Below, in pieces: positions 13,446 through 27,179 of a DNA stretch of 64,000 nt. Position 1 is the first letter of the stretch; each line of letters opens with the position of its first letter. Both the position numbers and the translations under genes were made by a program. The notes under the pieces were generated by a model that was not told where the DNA came from, did no database searches, and saw only the letters and a program-made list of their open reading frames with translations. This stretch comes from the human T2T-CHM13v2.0 reference genome, Homo sapiens. Where the stretch lies: NCBI RefSeq assembly GCF_009914755.1, contig NC_060927.1; one strand, 5' to 3'.

Positions 13446-13890
13446 TGTATTAGTTTGCCAGAACTGTCGTCACAAAGTACCACAAACTGAGTACCTTAAA
13501 ACAAGAGAAATTTGTTGTCTCACAGTTCTGGGGGCCAAAAGTCTAAAATTTGGGGCTGTGAGTGAAGGATCTGTTCCAGGCCTCTTACCTACCTGGCGGT
13601 TTTCTGGCAATCTTTTGCATTCCTTGTTGGGCAGAAGCATCACCCTGATCTCTGCCTCCATCTTCCCATAGTGTTCTCCCTGTGCACATGGCTGTGTCCA
13701 AATTTCCCCTTTTCATAAGGGCACCAGTCATATTGGACTAGAGCCAACACTACTCCAGTGTAACCTCTTCTAAACTTAACTAATTTCAACTGCAATCACC
13801 CTATACCCAAATAAGTTCACATTCTGAAGTACTGAGGGATAGGATTAGCACTTCAACATATTCTGGGAGGACACAATTCGACTCATAATT
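13446..13890 (-). mobile_element. MLT1C-like MaLR solo LTR
   Basis: tgtattagtttgccagaactgtcgtcacaaagtaccacaaactg...gcatcaccctgatctctgcctccatcttc...ggacacaattc. Confidence 0.88.
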
Positions 13891-15288
13891 CTACCCACTT
13901 CAGGAATCTGAGGGGATCACTTATGGCACCTGTTATAAGCATTGAATATTTTCGATGCATTGAACATTATCTTTAAAATTCATGCAAATTAAGCACTCAA
14001 CTCCATTATTACACCACCACTTAATATAAAAACAACATTTCCCAAAAGTTTACGAGTAGAATTACTGATCCAGAAAGCTGCTCCATGCTGATCCTTGGGG
14101 TTCAAAACCGCATTGTCAAATCCCTGACCTGCATCTTTTCATGTCCTCTGAAGATGCGGAGACACCTTTAAGGAGGCACATTTAACTTAAATGAGTGCGA
14201 AGAACGTGGACCTATACAGGGCTGAACAAAAAGCAATGCAAATTAAATGCAAACAGAAAATCTGAACATCCCTGACCAAAATCAGTGACAAAACACACCA
14301 GTATGGAAACAACACTTGCAGAGAGCTCTGTTGGAACTGCACGGCTTCATTTCATTCTCCTCTCTTTCGTTTTTAGAGGAAATCAGCATTAGACAAGCAC
14401 AGTTTGTCCTGCTTCCCCAACAACAATGGCTTTTGAAGAACATGCTTTTGAAGTGCAGGATCGTGGTGTTTGGGGACAAAGATGATGGTTGTGGTAGTAA
14501 CAGACCTAACACACTGATCAGATTCATATTTTTCTATTACAGTAACTGTGTGTCAAGTAATAGAACTTACCAGCAAAACTAACCATGGCCATACACTGTT
14601 CTTTTATTTCCTAAGAAATAACATTTTCAAAAGTGACAAAGGACTCTCTGACAAAGGCCCAGCAATGGATGTGAGAATGACTCAAGGGGAGAAAAGGGCC
14701 TCTCCGTGTGGTTAGCTTAATGCCCCACTTGGTTCGTTGACACAAAAACAGGTCCAGCCAATGCATTTCCACATCCTGAGGATCTGCTGCCAGCCCAGCA
14801 GAGATGTGCTCTGGCCAGGACCCAGAAGATGGGCAGGGCTCAAAAGACAGAACCAGGCACCCTGACAGCGTAGAAAAAGAGATGGCTTTCTGCTTTCCAC
14901 TTTCCTTGGTTGAAAACACGGAGACCACAATGTTCCTTTCTTTTTCCTGCCACTCTATTGGGAGAAATACAAACTTTCCAAAGGCATTCACCATCCACTT
15001 AGCAGAAACATCTGTCAGCTTTAGCTACAATCAAAGAGAAAACATCTCCAGAGAAGGAATATCCCACAGGGTAAAGCAAGGGACAAACCTAGAGAACACT
15101 CGTGACCCATTGCTCTAGCTCAGGGGCAGCAAAGAGGCTGCAGCTCTGTTCAGAAGTAAGCCCTGCTGGTCTCTACGTTCTGGGAGCTTTACTAAACAAA
15201 CCCAGAATGCAGGAGGTCATTCACCGAGTTAGCAAATGCAGGTGACCAGACCCTTGAAATTAAAAAAAAAGAAAAGAAAAAGCACATG

Positions 15289-15888
<600 letters not shown>

Positions 15889-16787
15889 CTACTGCAGTTC
15901 TTTGGTTATCCTGATAACCGAAGGCCACTCTGGAAAGGTGTCCACTGGGAACGACTGGCACTCTGCCTTGGGACACCAACATTCACTGAAGCAGACACCG
16001 CAAATTATTTCTAAAGATCGTGCACATCTTTAAGCTCTCACTCTTCTCTTAAATCCCAGCTTTTTCTCTGTCCCACCCTCTCCTGGCCACAAAGGTCATC
16101 CCCTTGGCAGCTGAGACAGAAAGGGCCAGACATCTGGGCCAGGGCTGGGGCCCACTGGCCTGGGGCCCTACATGCACTCTGGGCTACATTTCATGCTGCT
16201 TGCCCACGTTCCAACTCCAGGTGAGGGCTCTGGGGATACGCATTTTAAAGCAATACTGTAATAGTCTGGTGTGCAACCCAGTGTCTGGTGAGTCCAGTTT
16301 TGGTGAATTATTGCTCCCAGTGGCTTACTAATTCACAGGGAAAAGAAAAAAAAATCTAGTTCCCAGATCAGCAAAGTGGAAAAGCAGAGTCCTAAACACA
16401 GTATCCTCATGAGGGCAGTGTCCGGGCCCTAGGACAGCAAAGCAGCCTGCTGGTGCCTCTCCCAGCAAGTCATCATGTGCCCGTCAGAGCTTCCAGAAAG
16501 CTATTCCTAAAACAAGATGGGATCAAGCCACAGAAAGCAGGTCCAACCTAGTGGTAATGGTGAAAAAAAATAGCCCCTAAGGGGAGAAAAAGGGCAAAGT
16601 GGTGAAATGCTGTATAATTTAAATGCATTTGCAAGACTCTCCTCTCCCAACTGTCAGAGCAGAACACCATGCTGCTTTCATTTTTAAAAAAACAAAACAA
16701 AAACCTCCAAAGAGAAGAAGAACACCTAGTTATGACTATCATTTCCTTTCCTCCATGGCTTCCCTCTTCCACCTTTATCCCTTAAAG

Positions 16788-16986
16788 CAGTAGCTCTCAA
16801 CCAGGGGCTTTGCTCCCCCAGCACACCCTAGCGACTTCTGGCAATGTCTAAAAATGGTGGGGCATGCTACTGGCATCTATGGGTAGAGACCAGAAATGCT
16901 GCAAAATGTCCAGCAACGCTCACGACAGCCCCCACGACAGAATTATCCAACCCAAGATGTCAACATGCTGCTGTTGAGAAACCTGG
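16788..16986 (+). mobile_element. MER20 DNA transposon
   Basis: cagtagctctcaaccagggg...tgctactggcatctatgggtagagaccagaaatgctgc...aattatccaacccaagatgtcaac...gttgagaaacctg. Confidence 0.85.
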
Positions 16987-17949
16987 CCTTTAGAAGCAGT
17001 CTTCTAATCTTATTTTCTAAGAATAAGAAAATATTATTCTTAGTTTATCCTGCAGCTAAACAAAATGCATAGGAAAAGATTCATCATGAGGAAGGGGGCA
17101 ATGGTGACTAAGAACTTCACAAAGTCCTGAACCATTCAACCTTCATTCTGAGAGGATGGACGATCAGATTTAGTGATTCACTTCTCTGATTGTAAGTATC
17201 ATCTTCTGAAGTCCATTAAGTGTTTAGTCATGCCCTGTGTTTTTGTCAAGTGGTAGGCAAAGGGAGTTAAGTGGAACCTCAGTCCCCTAAGAGTTTATCA
17301 TCTAAGATGGGTAACAATGACTAGGCAGAGATATAAAGGTGAGATGGACAAATAACCAAACTACAGAGTAAGGCCAAACCAATTGCAGAAGCTGGGAGCT
17401 GAGCATAGTGTGAGGAATGCGGAGGGCAAGTTATCCAAGTGAGTAGGTGGCATTAAAGAGAAGAACTAGGGACGGCATCACTCTGCACCTCCATTTATCC
17501 ATTTGCTTTCACTAAAATATGTACCACATGCTTCTGGGCATGCAGAAGTACATTTCACACTCCAAGCACTTGCAATCAAGCCAGTGTGATAAGATTCATA
17601 CACAAATAAGCAAAACACAAAAATTCCATTCTGAGAGGTATAGCAAGTACATGTCACAGTGCTTAGAGAAAGAACTGATGCCTGCATGTGGTGGAACTGG
17701 CATTTGGCTGGGCCTTGGAGTGTGGGGGCTACTGGGGAGCAGAGCCTGCCTGAGAATCTAGGGCAGGGTGGCAGCAGGGGTGTTCGCTGTCCTACAGACA
17801 AGAATCTCCAAAAATGGAGTTCTGGCTTAAGGTGTTTGTCCTGGCTTATCTTTTGGCCACTCAACAAAACTTTCTGTGCCTCATTTTCTCTCTTCTTCCC
17901 ATTTCCAAGCAACAAAACCATGTCCATCTACTCTTATTAAAAATCTCCA

Positions 17950-18238
17950 AGAGTGGTGTCTCATGCCTGTAATCGTAGCACTTTGGGAGGCCGAGGCTGG
18001 AAGATTGCTTGAGGCTAAGAGTTCAAGACCAGCCTGGACAACATAAGGAAACCCTTTTTCCGAACAAATAAAAATAAAAATTATTTTTTTTGTAGGTATG
18101 GCAGCACGCGCCCATAGTCCCAGTTGCTCAGGAGCCCAGGAGTTCAAGGCTGCAGTGAACCATGATTGTGCCACTGCACTCCAGCCTGGGCGACAGAGCA
18201 AGACTCCAGCTCAAAAAAAAAAAAAAAAAAAAAAAAAG
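17950..18238 (+). mobile_element. AluJ (Jo-like) with a short right-arm deletion
   Basis: gattgcttgaggctaagagttcaagacc, ggagcccaggagttcaaggctgcagtgaaccatgattg, long A tail. Confidence 0.94.
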
Positions 18239-20169
18239 AACCACAACATACCAAGTGAAGCCATATGGAGCTTCATGCAAGAAGATCAACATGCACCAGG
18301 TTCAAGGGAGATGCTAGCAGTTACAGCTCACAGGCTACCTCAGGTTTCTCTCTTTCATGTGCTTCTGGCCTTACCCAGTAACAGCAACTCTGAACACTAT
18401 CCAAGCAAAACGTCATATGCTTTGAAGATGCACTAGTATTTCAACAGGCTGAACGTTTTCCAGAACAAAATCTTTACCAAAGCTGCTAACAAGCAGTCAG
18501 ATAGACTGCCCTGTGAGTGTTCTCCTCCAACAATGAACCAGCAGAAAGGTCAGCAGCCGGAAACAGAAAGAGGAGAAGGGTCCTAAATAAACACAGTTTA
18601 ATCAACCGTGAAGAAACCTAAAAGTTGCCCGAAAGTGCTTTGTTAATGGGAGAAGCAAGGCCCCTGCCCTCAGAGAAAGGCAAGGAAGGTTGAAGGTCAC
18701 TTCAGCTGACCAGAGGATGCCATGGCGGCAGCGACATTCCCCGGTGGGAATCTCAATGGAAGACGCAAACGCAGAAGAGAAGGAAGGGAGAGGAGAAGCC
18801 AAAGGTGGACCTTTTCCAAGGACCTGGCAAGCAAATGTTCCCTAGAAAGAAGATGAAAATTTAGGTCAATAAGAAGGAAAGACACTGTTTTTAGAACCAT
18901 TATGACGACTTCAGAGTTGGTTCTCCTTCAGGCTTTTGTCCATCAAGTCTGTCATGTCTGATTCCAGACTCCTCAGGATATTTGAAAAAAACTAATTTAT
19001 TTGAATTACATCAATGTCCTTTACTTGCATCTAAAAAATCAAAGTCAAGCTATGCTGATATGTGAGAGAGAATTGAGATGAATGAGGGCTGACTCCCAGT
19101 CTCTGCCCCTGTAATTACTTTCTTTGTAAGCCTGAATACCCAATCAGATGGACACCTTCTGAACACATTTTTTCATATTTATGAAATACCTTTGAACAAT
19201 GAAATCTGGAAACTCTGGCAACATCTGTGTCCAAATATATCCAAGTGTGTTTATGTTTTTAATTGAAGATCAAACAATTTTAGATGAACTCATCTATGGT
19301 ATCATAGAAACTGCATATTTTTAGGTAATTCTTGAGAGCATTTTGCAAACTATTAAAGTAACTTGATATCATGCTATATCTTTAAAAGATATTTCTCAGC
19401 TGTGAATACTATTGGAATGAAATCGGGACTTTTCAAAAAAGTCTGCAGCATGAAAAGGTTTGCATATGAATTCTGATTCCATTAGAAAACCATTTCTTTT
19501 AGGACTGTTTTATCATTCTCTATTGGTTCATGTAATATGATTGGTTTGTTCTTATTCTAATTAAAGATGCAATTTATTAAAGAGTCTTTAACTTCACTAA
19601 GGCAAAGTTTAAAAAGCTTCTAATCAGATATTCTTGGTAGGCAGGAGAACTATAACCTTCAAACTCTCTGATGTTGTATGAAGCAGCTCTCATCTCTACA
19701 CAAAGATTTTCACTTCTGTGATCTGGCCTGGTAAAACATTTATTCCTTTATACTCAGTCCTAGTTTGTTTTAGATCTGGGCCTCTGGGCCCATTAATTTG
19801 TATAGGATGATAATTTGTATAGGAAGACAGGTGTGCTGTTTTTCTTCAATCCTTGAGGATATTAGGAAAAACTTTAACCAATTAAGGGATCCCATCACCT
19901 GACGTTTCTTTGGGGAAAATGACTTTTGAAGGCATGTGGGGATTGTCAAGGAAATAATTTTCCCTTTAAATTACATGTTTGTACGTAAGAGGAATGCTGA
20001 GCAGGATATCAAGAGGCAGTGGTCACTCATGGCACTATTTTCAAAGTTAGTTAAACAAGGAAACCAACTCACATTTCCCCAGTTTAGCTTTTCATTTTTA
20101 AAACTTGCTGAATTCAGGTACATCTCGATTGCTCGTGGTAATAAAGGAGACATTAGGCGTGGATAACAA

Positions 20170-20350
20170 GACCGCAAATGGTGAGTAAAGCAAGACACCA
20201 GGTATCATTTCTTTCCTGTTTATTAACATTCACTCCAGGCTGTATACTTTGGTTACCATGGTCGCGTGGTGTCTGATGTCACAGGCCAAACCATATAAAA
20301 TCACAGAGGCCACAACAGGCAGGAGGAGCGGCCTGGCTTTGTCTGAGTCA
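20170..20350. promoter_or_regulatory. Candidate enhancer or TATA promoter motif cluster
   Basis: RUNX-like gaccgca 20170, overlapping ETS/FOX tttcctgtttat 20212-20223, TATAAAA 20294-20300, AP-1 TGAGTCA 20344-20350, locally retained CpGs. Motif-only evidence. Confidence 0.35.
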
Positions 20351-20837
20351 GGCAGCCCAGCGTGTGGGATGCCAGGCTGGATGTGCTGGGCCTGACCAGC
20401 CGCCCGCTTTCCTCTTCTCTTGCCTCTGCCTGCCCCCTGGTGGACAGCTGGGGTAAAGCATGGGAGTGCGCCTTTGGGGTCTCAGTGGGGCTGAAATACG
20501 ACTCCTCCCCTAGGACAGCCTGCCTTCCCCAGCCTTGTTCTCCGGCAAAGTCAATTTCCTGGAGAATCGAGGCTCTGCCTCAGATGTTCGGAGCCTCCGC
20601 AGGATGAACACCTCCATTTCAATTCCAGGGGCTTTGATCAACCTGTGCCTCCCTTGATCCCCAACTTGTGGGCACCTTCCCTTGAGCAGTGCCCCCACGA
20701 GGTACACCTTTCCCGGGAAACAAAAATCATTCCTTCTTTGGGTCCTGCAAGCTGTAAAGAACCAATACAGCACTGTGCTACTGAACATGTTGCCACTATA
20801 GAAGCCCCTTGTGTTTTGAAGAGTACATCTCTATAGC

Positions 20838-21100
20838 CATTCGTTTATTCATCAGAAACCAGCTAGAAGCCAGGCCCTGTGCTGGGCGCTGGAGACATGG
20901 AAGAAACTGGGCTGAGGCTCCCGCCTTGAAGAGCTTGTGGCCCAGGGAAGGGACAGTTCATCTGTCATTGATTGCCACGTGACAGTGTCTATGATGCTAA
21001 AAAGATGCCAGTGCTGTGCTGCAGGAGCAAAGGCCGTGGAGGAAGAGGCTTTGGCTTTGTTGCGAGTCCTTGCCAGAGCCAGGCAAAGCCAGTCACCGCT
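20838..21100 (-). mobile_element. L2 fragment
   Basis: cattcgtttattcatc...gccaggccctgtgctgggcgctggagaca. Confidence 0.55.
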
Positions 21101-22567
21101 TTGTTCAGATGACTCAGGTAAATAAATGAGGCCGCACAGGCTGTCCTGACACCACACACCTCTAGAATACCCTGGCTGTGCTGGGAGCTATTGGTGTCAG
21201 CTGAGTATTTTCATCCCTGTCCAAGTCACAATGATCTGACTGTACCAGCCTGTGTGGATGTTGCTAAGAGGAGGCAGACAGCACCATGAGCTCCCTTAGA
21301 TGACGATCGGCATGATGTTCCTGCTGTGGCAGCGCTCAGCTCTTGCCAATGCTCTTCTCTGCTTTGCTCACTTTAAGCCTCCCTTAATTTTTTTGAAGCC
21401 CAGTTTCCACATTGCTGATTCACAGATATGCAAGACTCAGGCAGGAAAAAAAAAAGGTAATTATTTCAAATGACTCAGGCGCCCTCCTTGACTCTGGGAT
21501 CTCTGTACAGACTTGCACTTTAAAAGCTGAGGGTAATGATGTTGTCATTTGTATAGGAAAGGCTGGAAGAAAAACACATTAGTGTTCTTCCAAACTCTTG
21601 ACTTTTGGAAAAAATTAGCATAGAGAGGATGGATGCTCAGCCATGGCCTGACATCGAATGCCTAATGCAGAGGTGAAGACACCTGCACAGTCCCATGCAC
21701 TGGCGAGCTTCCTGGGGACAAGGGCAGTGCCTTGATCACCTCTCTTCCTCGTGCAGTAAATGTTTGTTGGATGAATGGTTGTCAACTCTAGTCCTGTCAG
21801 TCCTCCCTGAGCCCTGAAACAGAAATTAGGAAATAATAACAATTAGCAGGTCCTATACTCCTAGATTTAAGATTTTTGAACAAATAAGGGAAAATTATTT
21901 GCCTGCTACAAAACTGCTAAGAGAGATGACAATGAAGGAAGGGTGGGAATCATCTAAGGGAAAGAAGAGGGGAATCAATTGCTCCACCAGTGGCTTGCTG
22001 AAAAGCTTTCCACACTTGTAGAAAAAAATCCCCCACCGCCAAGAGTAGAGGCCCCAGCAAGGGCAGTCACAGCAATGGTGGCCGTCAGGTGCCCTATGCA
22101 GCAGAGTGGAGCCATGGGCAGCAAGTAGATCATGCTGGGATAAAGGCTGTGGGGGCTGTGCTAGGGATGGCAGTAACACATGGAGACTCTCAGTAAGGGG
22201 GCCTGAGGTGTCATCCACCCCCAACTCGACCATTCCTCCCCTCCCCAGAGAAAAGCCAGCATCAGCATCTAAGGGAGGGAGGGCTAGTGTGGCTGGATGG
22301 GGTGGCAGGGGTAGGAGGCACAGCCAAAGGCTCTGGAAATCAGCTTGAAATCTTAGGTTTTCCCTGAGGCTGCTATAGCTTGGGGGAATGGAGTTACATC
22401 TAACTGTAAATGTTGTTCACACTCAGTCTAAAGAAAGTCCAAAAGTCATTTTAGGATGGTGGTGTACTTCAAATTACTTTTCTATGCCCCAGTTTTGGGT
22501 TCCATTAAATTCTCATTCTTCCCGCATTTCTGTTTTTCCTCCAGGTACCCTCAAAGAGCACCCATAA

Positions 22568-23200
22568 TTCATTCATTCATTCATTCATTCACTTATTCAA
22601 CAAATACTGATTGAATCCCTGCTCTTTACCAGGCTATGCTAGGTACCAAGAATATAGGGTCAGCAAAGGCAGGCATGGTCCCTGCCTTCAAAAGGAGAGG
22701 ACCTTGATCAAACACACACACAAGTTAACATCATTGCAATGTGTGGGGTCCTGGGTATATAATGAGGGGATTTGGTTAATAAGGGACGTCAGGGAAATCT
22801 CTGAGGAAATGATGAGTGAAATAAAATCTGAAGGAACAATAAGATTAACTAAGCCCAGTGGGTCCTGGGCAACCCCTAGAGTGGGGCTGCACATGTGTAT
22901 TCAAGGCCATGAAAGATGGCAAGTGTGACCTGAGTGCAGACAGCAAGGAGGTGAGATTCTCAATCAGGCTGGGGAAGGCCATGCACGGGGAGCCACTGAA
23001 GTGTTGAAGTGGCCAGGTGATGTGATCCAATGTGCATTTCAGAAAGAGTTTGATCTCCCTGTGGAGAACAACTTGGAAAACGTCATAACTAAATGTCATT
23101 AGACCAGTTAGGAAGCTATTTGCTGCAGGTGAATTGGGGTCCAAGAGAGGAACAATGGAGGGGAAAATGATGATGGGGTAGATAGGCTTACAACATATTC
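22568..23200 (-). mobile_element. L2 3' fragment with (TTCA)n terminal repeat
   Basis: (ttca)5...ttcaacaaatactgattg...tgctaggtacc...catggtccctgccttc. Continues with ggggagccactgaagtgttgaag and agaccagttaggaagctatt. Confidence 0.8.
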
Positions 23201-23576
23201 CACTCCTGAAAGATCTTCCAACAGCCTTGCCCTGCAATGAGCCCTTCCCTTCATGGGCTAGATCACCATCTGAGAGAAAAGCACAACCTTCCTTTCCTTC
23301 AGCTTTGTCCCTAAGGATGTCTCTTTAACTTGTCCCTTGGGATGCCTTCATGGTTTCTTTCTAGCTTGCTCAAAAAATGAAGTAAAGCATGTCCATGATA
23401 CCTGGGACATATCAACTTCAAGGTCATGGATTGAAATGATGATAACTCAAATTATAGGACTGTCAACTTTCAAGCCCCCCTGACCTTAAGTGATGGATCA
23501 AGGGGCTGGAATCAGATCAAGAGAGCTTCAAACCACTGCTGGCTGCTAGAGCATTCAATCTGCTGACTGGATGCTT

Positions 23577-23630
23577 AATATAATATATAATATAATATAT
23601 AATATAATATTGGAATATATATATATGTGC

Positions 23631-23672
<42 letters not shown>
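23577..23672. repeat. Compound AT-rich and (TG)~16 microsatellite
   Basis: Directly visible. Confidence 0.95.
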
Positions 23673-23673
<1 letters not shown>

Positions 23674-24260
23674 GTCCAATTACCCAAAGTGGTCTTCTTC
23701 CAAACATTTTGAGGATGCTGTAATAAGATCCCTGCATCAGGTGAAAGTGGAACTAGTTACCAGATGTTCTCTTCTGCCTGGGATCCCTGCTCCTGCAAGA
23801 CAGTCAGTAATCCGTTCCAAGAATGATGTTTTACCATGGTGCTGTGCTAGGCACCAGGGATTGGAAGATGAAGAAACATTTCCTGTGCTCCTGGAGCTGC
23901 AGCCTAGCAGGCCTACCAATAAGGACAGCGCCATGGGATATGCTGCAGCACAGGCGGAAGCAAAGCGCTGTGGAGACCCCAAGGCCAGATATAGGAGCTC
24001 TGCCTGGCTGAGTTAGGAAGGTTCTCCAGAGGTCACATCTGATCCAGGTGTCAAGGGATGAGCAGGAATTTATCTTGTGAAGAAGAGGTGGCTGGTTGTT
24101 TCAGCAAAAGAAATAGCTCCTAAAAAGACACCTGAGAGTAAGATGTGCCCCAAAAGTGTCCCCAGGGGTGATAGAGAGGCTGTAGCAGGAGGTAAGTCTG
24201 GAGACAGAATTCTGGTGGGGTTACTGGAGCAGGAGGGTCTGTCTGCTTTAGGGAATATAC

Positions 24261-24735
24261 TGTGTTCGTTTTCTATTGCTGCATAGCAAATGACCCCAAA
24301 ACTGAGACGCTTAAAACAGTCAACATGTGTTATCGTATAGTTTTCATGGGTCAGGAACACAGTTGTAACTTAGCAGTCCTCTGGCTCAGGGTCTCACAGG
24401 CTGTAATCAAGGTGTCAGCCAGGACCAAAGGCAACTCAAAGTTCTACCAAAGGAGGGTGAACTTCCAGGTTCACTCCTGTGGCTGCTGGCTGGAGACATC
24501 AGTTCCTTGCCACATAGGCCTCTCCACGGGGCAGGTCCCAACATGGCAGTTGGCTTAGAGAGAGACTTTTTGTAACCCAATCTTGGAAGTGACATCCCAT
24601 CACTTTTGCTGTATTCAATTTGTTTAAAGCCAAGCACCAGGTCCATCCAGCCCACGCTGAAGAAGAGGTTACATGAGACAGAGAATACCAGGAAGTGATG
24701 ATTACTGGGGGCTGTTTTAGAGGCTGCCTACGGCA
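24261..24735 (-). mobile_element. MLT1F-like MaLR solo LTR
   Basis: TG...CA termini. Perfect 5-bp TSD tatac (24256-24260 and 24736-24740). ttctattgctgcatagcaaatgaccccaaaact and ggaagtgacatcccatcacttttgc motifs. Confidence 0.88.
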
Positions 24736-27179
24736 TATACCAAGAGCTATTTATGGCCTCATTGCAGCATTATCCCACTCTGCATAAATTATAGAGAAAG
24801 ACATATAATTTTATTGCATATTAGTTTTTGTTGATGGGTACATTCTGGTCCCTAGGAGCCCTGAAGAACAATGTGCTTCATTTCACAGCTCTCCCTAAGG
24901 ATTTTATACAACCCACTTGGCACTCACACTGTTATTATTAAATGGATTCAGCCAAAAGCTGCCTGTGGGGGTAGAGATCGGTGGGAAGGTAGGGCGGCAG
25001 AGAAAGGAAGTGCTCAGGACCCCAAATTGAATAAAGAAAAAGGTCACACGCCAACTGCAAGTTAGAAATGAATCTGAGTGAAAGTAAGTATCCTGGTTGA
25101 CAGCTCACACATGATGCCAACTTGCCACAGCTTGGCAGCGCCTTTGGTTTTCCCACATGCAACTGAAAATAGCTAGCATTCATCCTGAGAGAGTGCTACT
25201 AAAATAAGTAACTACTTGGAGCTATACCTCACTGCTCATTCAAGCTGGAAGCTGTGTGCAATTATTTTGCTGAAATTAGATACAAATTAAGTTGCCACTT
25301 CCGGAACTCTTTCTCCTGTGCTATATTACAAAAAAGAAAGTGATTTTTGAACTCGGATAGCTTAGATGTTGCTTCTTAAAAATAAATGTAATCTCTTGAC
25401 AGAATATCTAAAAAGACAGATTATTGATTTTAATCTCTCAGGAGACCTAACCTCTTCACGATCCAGGTTTCCTGATTTTCAGACCTGAGTTAAGTTGCTA
25501 TGGATACAGAGTGACAGGCCAGTGAAGGAAACTGGGGACAGGGAGTGGCCTGCCCACAGGTGAGATATACTGTCTTTAAGCTTGTTAGGGATAGAAAAGG
25601 GGGCTAGCCTAGAATTGTCCTCTGGGACATAAGGTAATGGTCCTGCTCCCACTTTTTAAACAGTGGTTTGAAAGTTTTCTCAGGGTGTGCATACATTTGG
25701 ACGTACAAGTTCTGCTACGTTTTAAAAAGCAAAACAGAATAAACAAACATATATGAAAACAAACAATAATAATGATAATCTGGGGCTTTCCTCAAACTTG
25801 GCTGGAAGTTACTGGCACACAAATAGTAGAGGTGTTTGGGGGTTTTCTGCTATGAAGGAGTCCTTGATTTGTACTATCTCAATAAAGCAACCTTCTTTTG
25901 ACCTGCCTTTGGAAGAAGTAGGTGAATTTCTAAGAGCCCAGCTGTGCTGGACCCTAGGAGGCTGTCAAGACTCCCAGGGTAGGAATGTTCCTCCACAACT
26001 TTGAATTTCAATTTCCCTTTACAAAAGGCAAAATTTGTTTTATTCCCCATTGTTGGAGACATTAGTCATGGATGAAACAAATTTAAAACTCCCCCTATGC
26101 CCTGCTTCTTGCCCACCCCACACATTCCCACTCTATATCCTCATTCCAATCTAGTGAATCTTAGAAATGACACATTGAATGAAGAGCTTTGCAGGTAACC
26201 TTCCCTTCCTAATGAAGTTTCCTTTTTGCGGGGTTTTGGTGTGTGTGTGTGTGTGTGTTTGTAGTTCCATAATTCTCAAATGAAAAATTGCTAAAAGGTC
26301 ATCTATACAAATCCTTAAGATGGTGAACCTCTACAACCTTACTTTAATTTTAGGAGATATTTCATTTCATGCCTTAAGTTTTGCAATTATTTTCAGTGTC
26401 TCCTTTTCCAGACTTCTTAGAGGACTTGGAAAGAAAATGAAATGACGTTGAACGAAATCAAAGTAAATTGAGTGATCTGAAACGATTTGATGTCAGCAAG
26501 AATTCCCCATACAGCTCACAGCCCTACCCCGAGCACGCCTCCCTCTTGGGTATGGTGAGTTCAGCTCCAAATTTATTCTGACAAGAAAGCACAGGCAATG
26601 GCTTCAGTGGGTCTAAATCAGGTGAAAATTCAAAGCAATCACCCTTCCTGGACAATCTTCTGCTTTCTCAGTGCTTATCATGGTCTGAAAATTCCTATTT
26701 AAAGAAGCAGAGCTTTCTTTTAAGTCCTAACAGAACAAAGTCACACTCAACAGTGCACAGGCACACGCCGGGATCGAGAATGCATTTTTGGCAAAAAGTC
26801 TCCTCTTTTCTCTGTCTCCTCCAGCTCTCTGCAGGCCCAAACCTTGCAGAAGCCATTCCATGTTTCCTGAGCAGGAAAAGACAAACTCAGACCGACAACC
26901 TTGGACTTCAAAAGACTGCACACAAGGGGAGGAAGGACTGAGAGTACCAAGGCGTGAGAATTCAGAATGCTGCTATCTCATTTATTTTTACCATTTAGGA
27001 AACGTTTTGATCTGCATTCCTTTTCCCTTCCCTGATTTCAAAAAATAAAAATAAAAATGCTTCGGTTCTGAGGAGTAACTCTCCAGATGGAAGGGGAAGA
27101 TCAGGGGATGAATGGGGGAGGGCTGCTTGCGTCCTCTCCCCTGCCACACACACGCTCTCTGTTTCAGCCAGTGTAAAAA

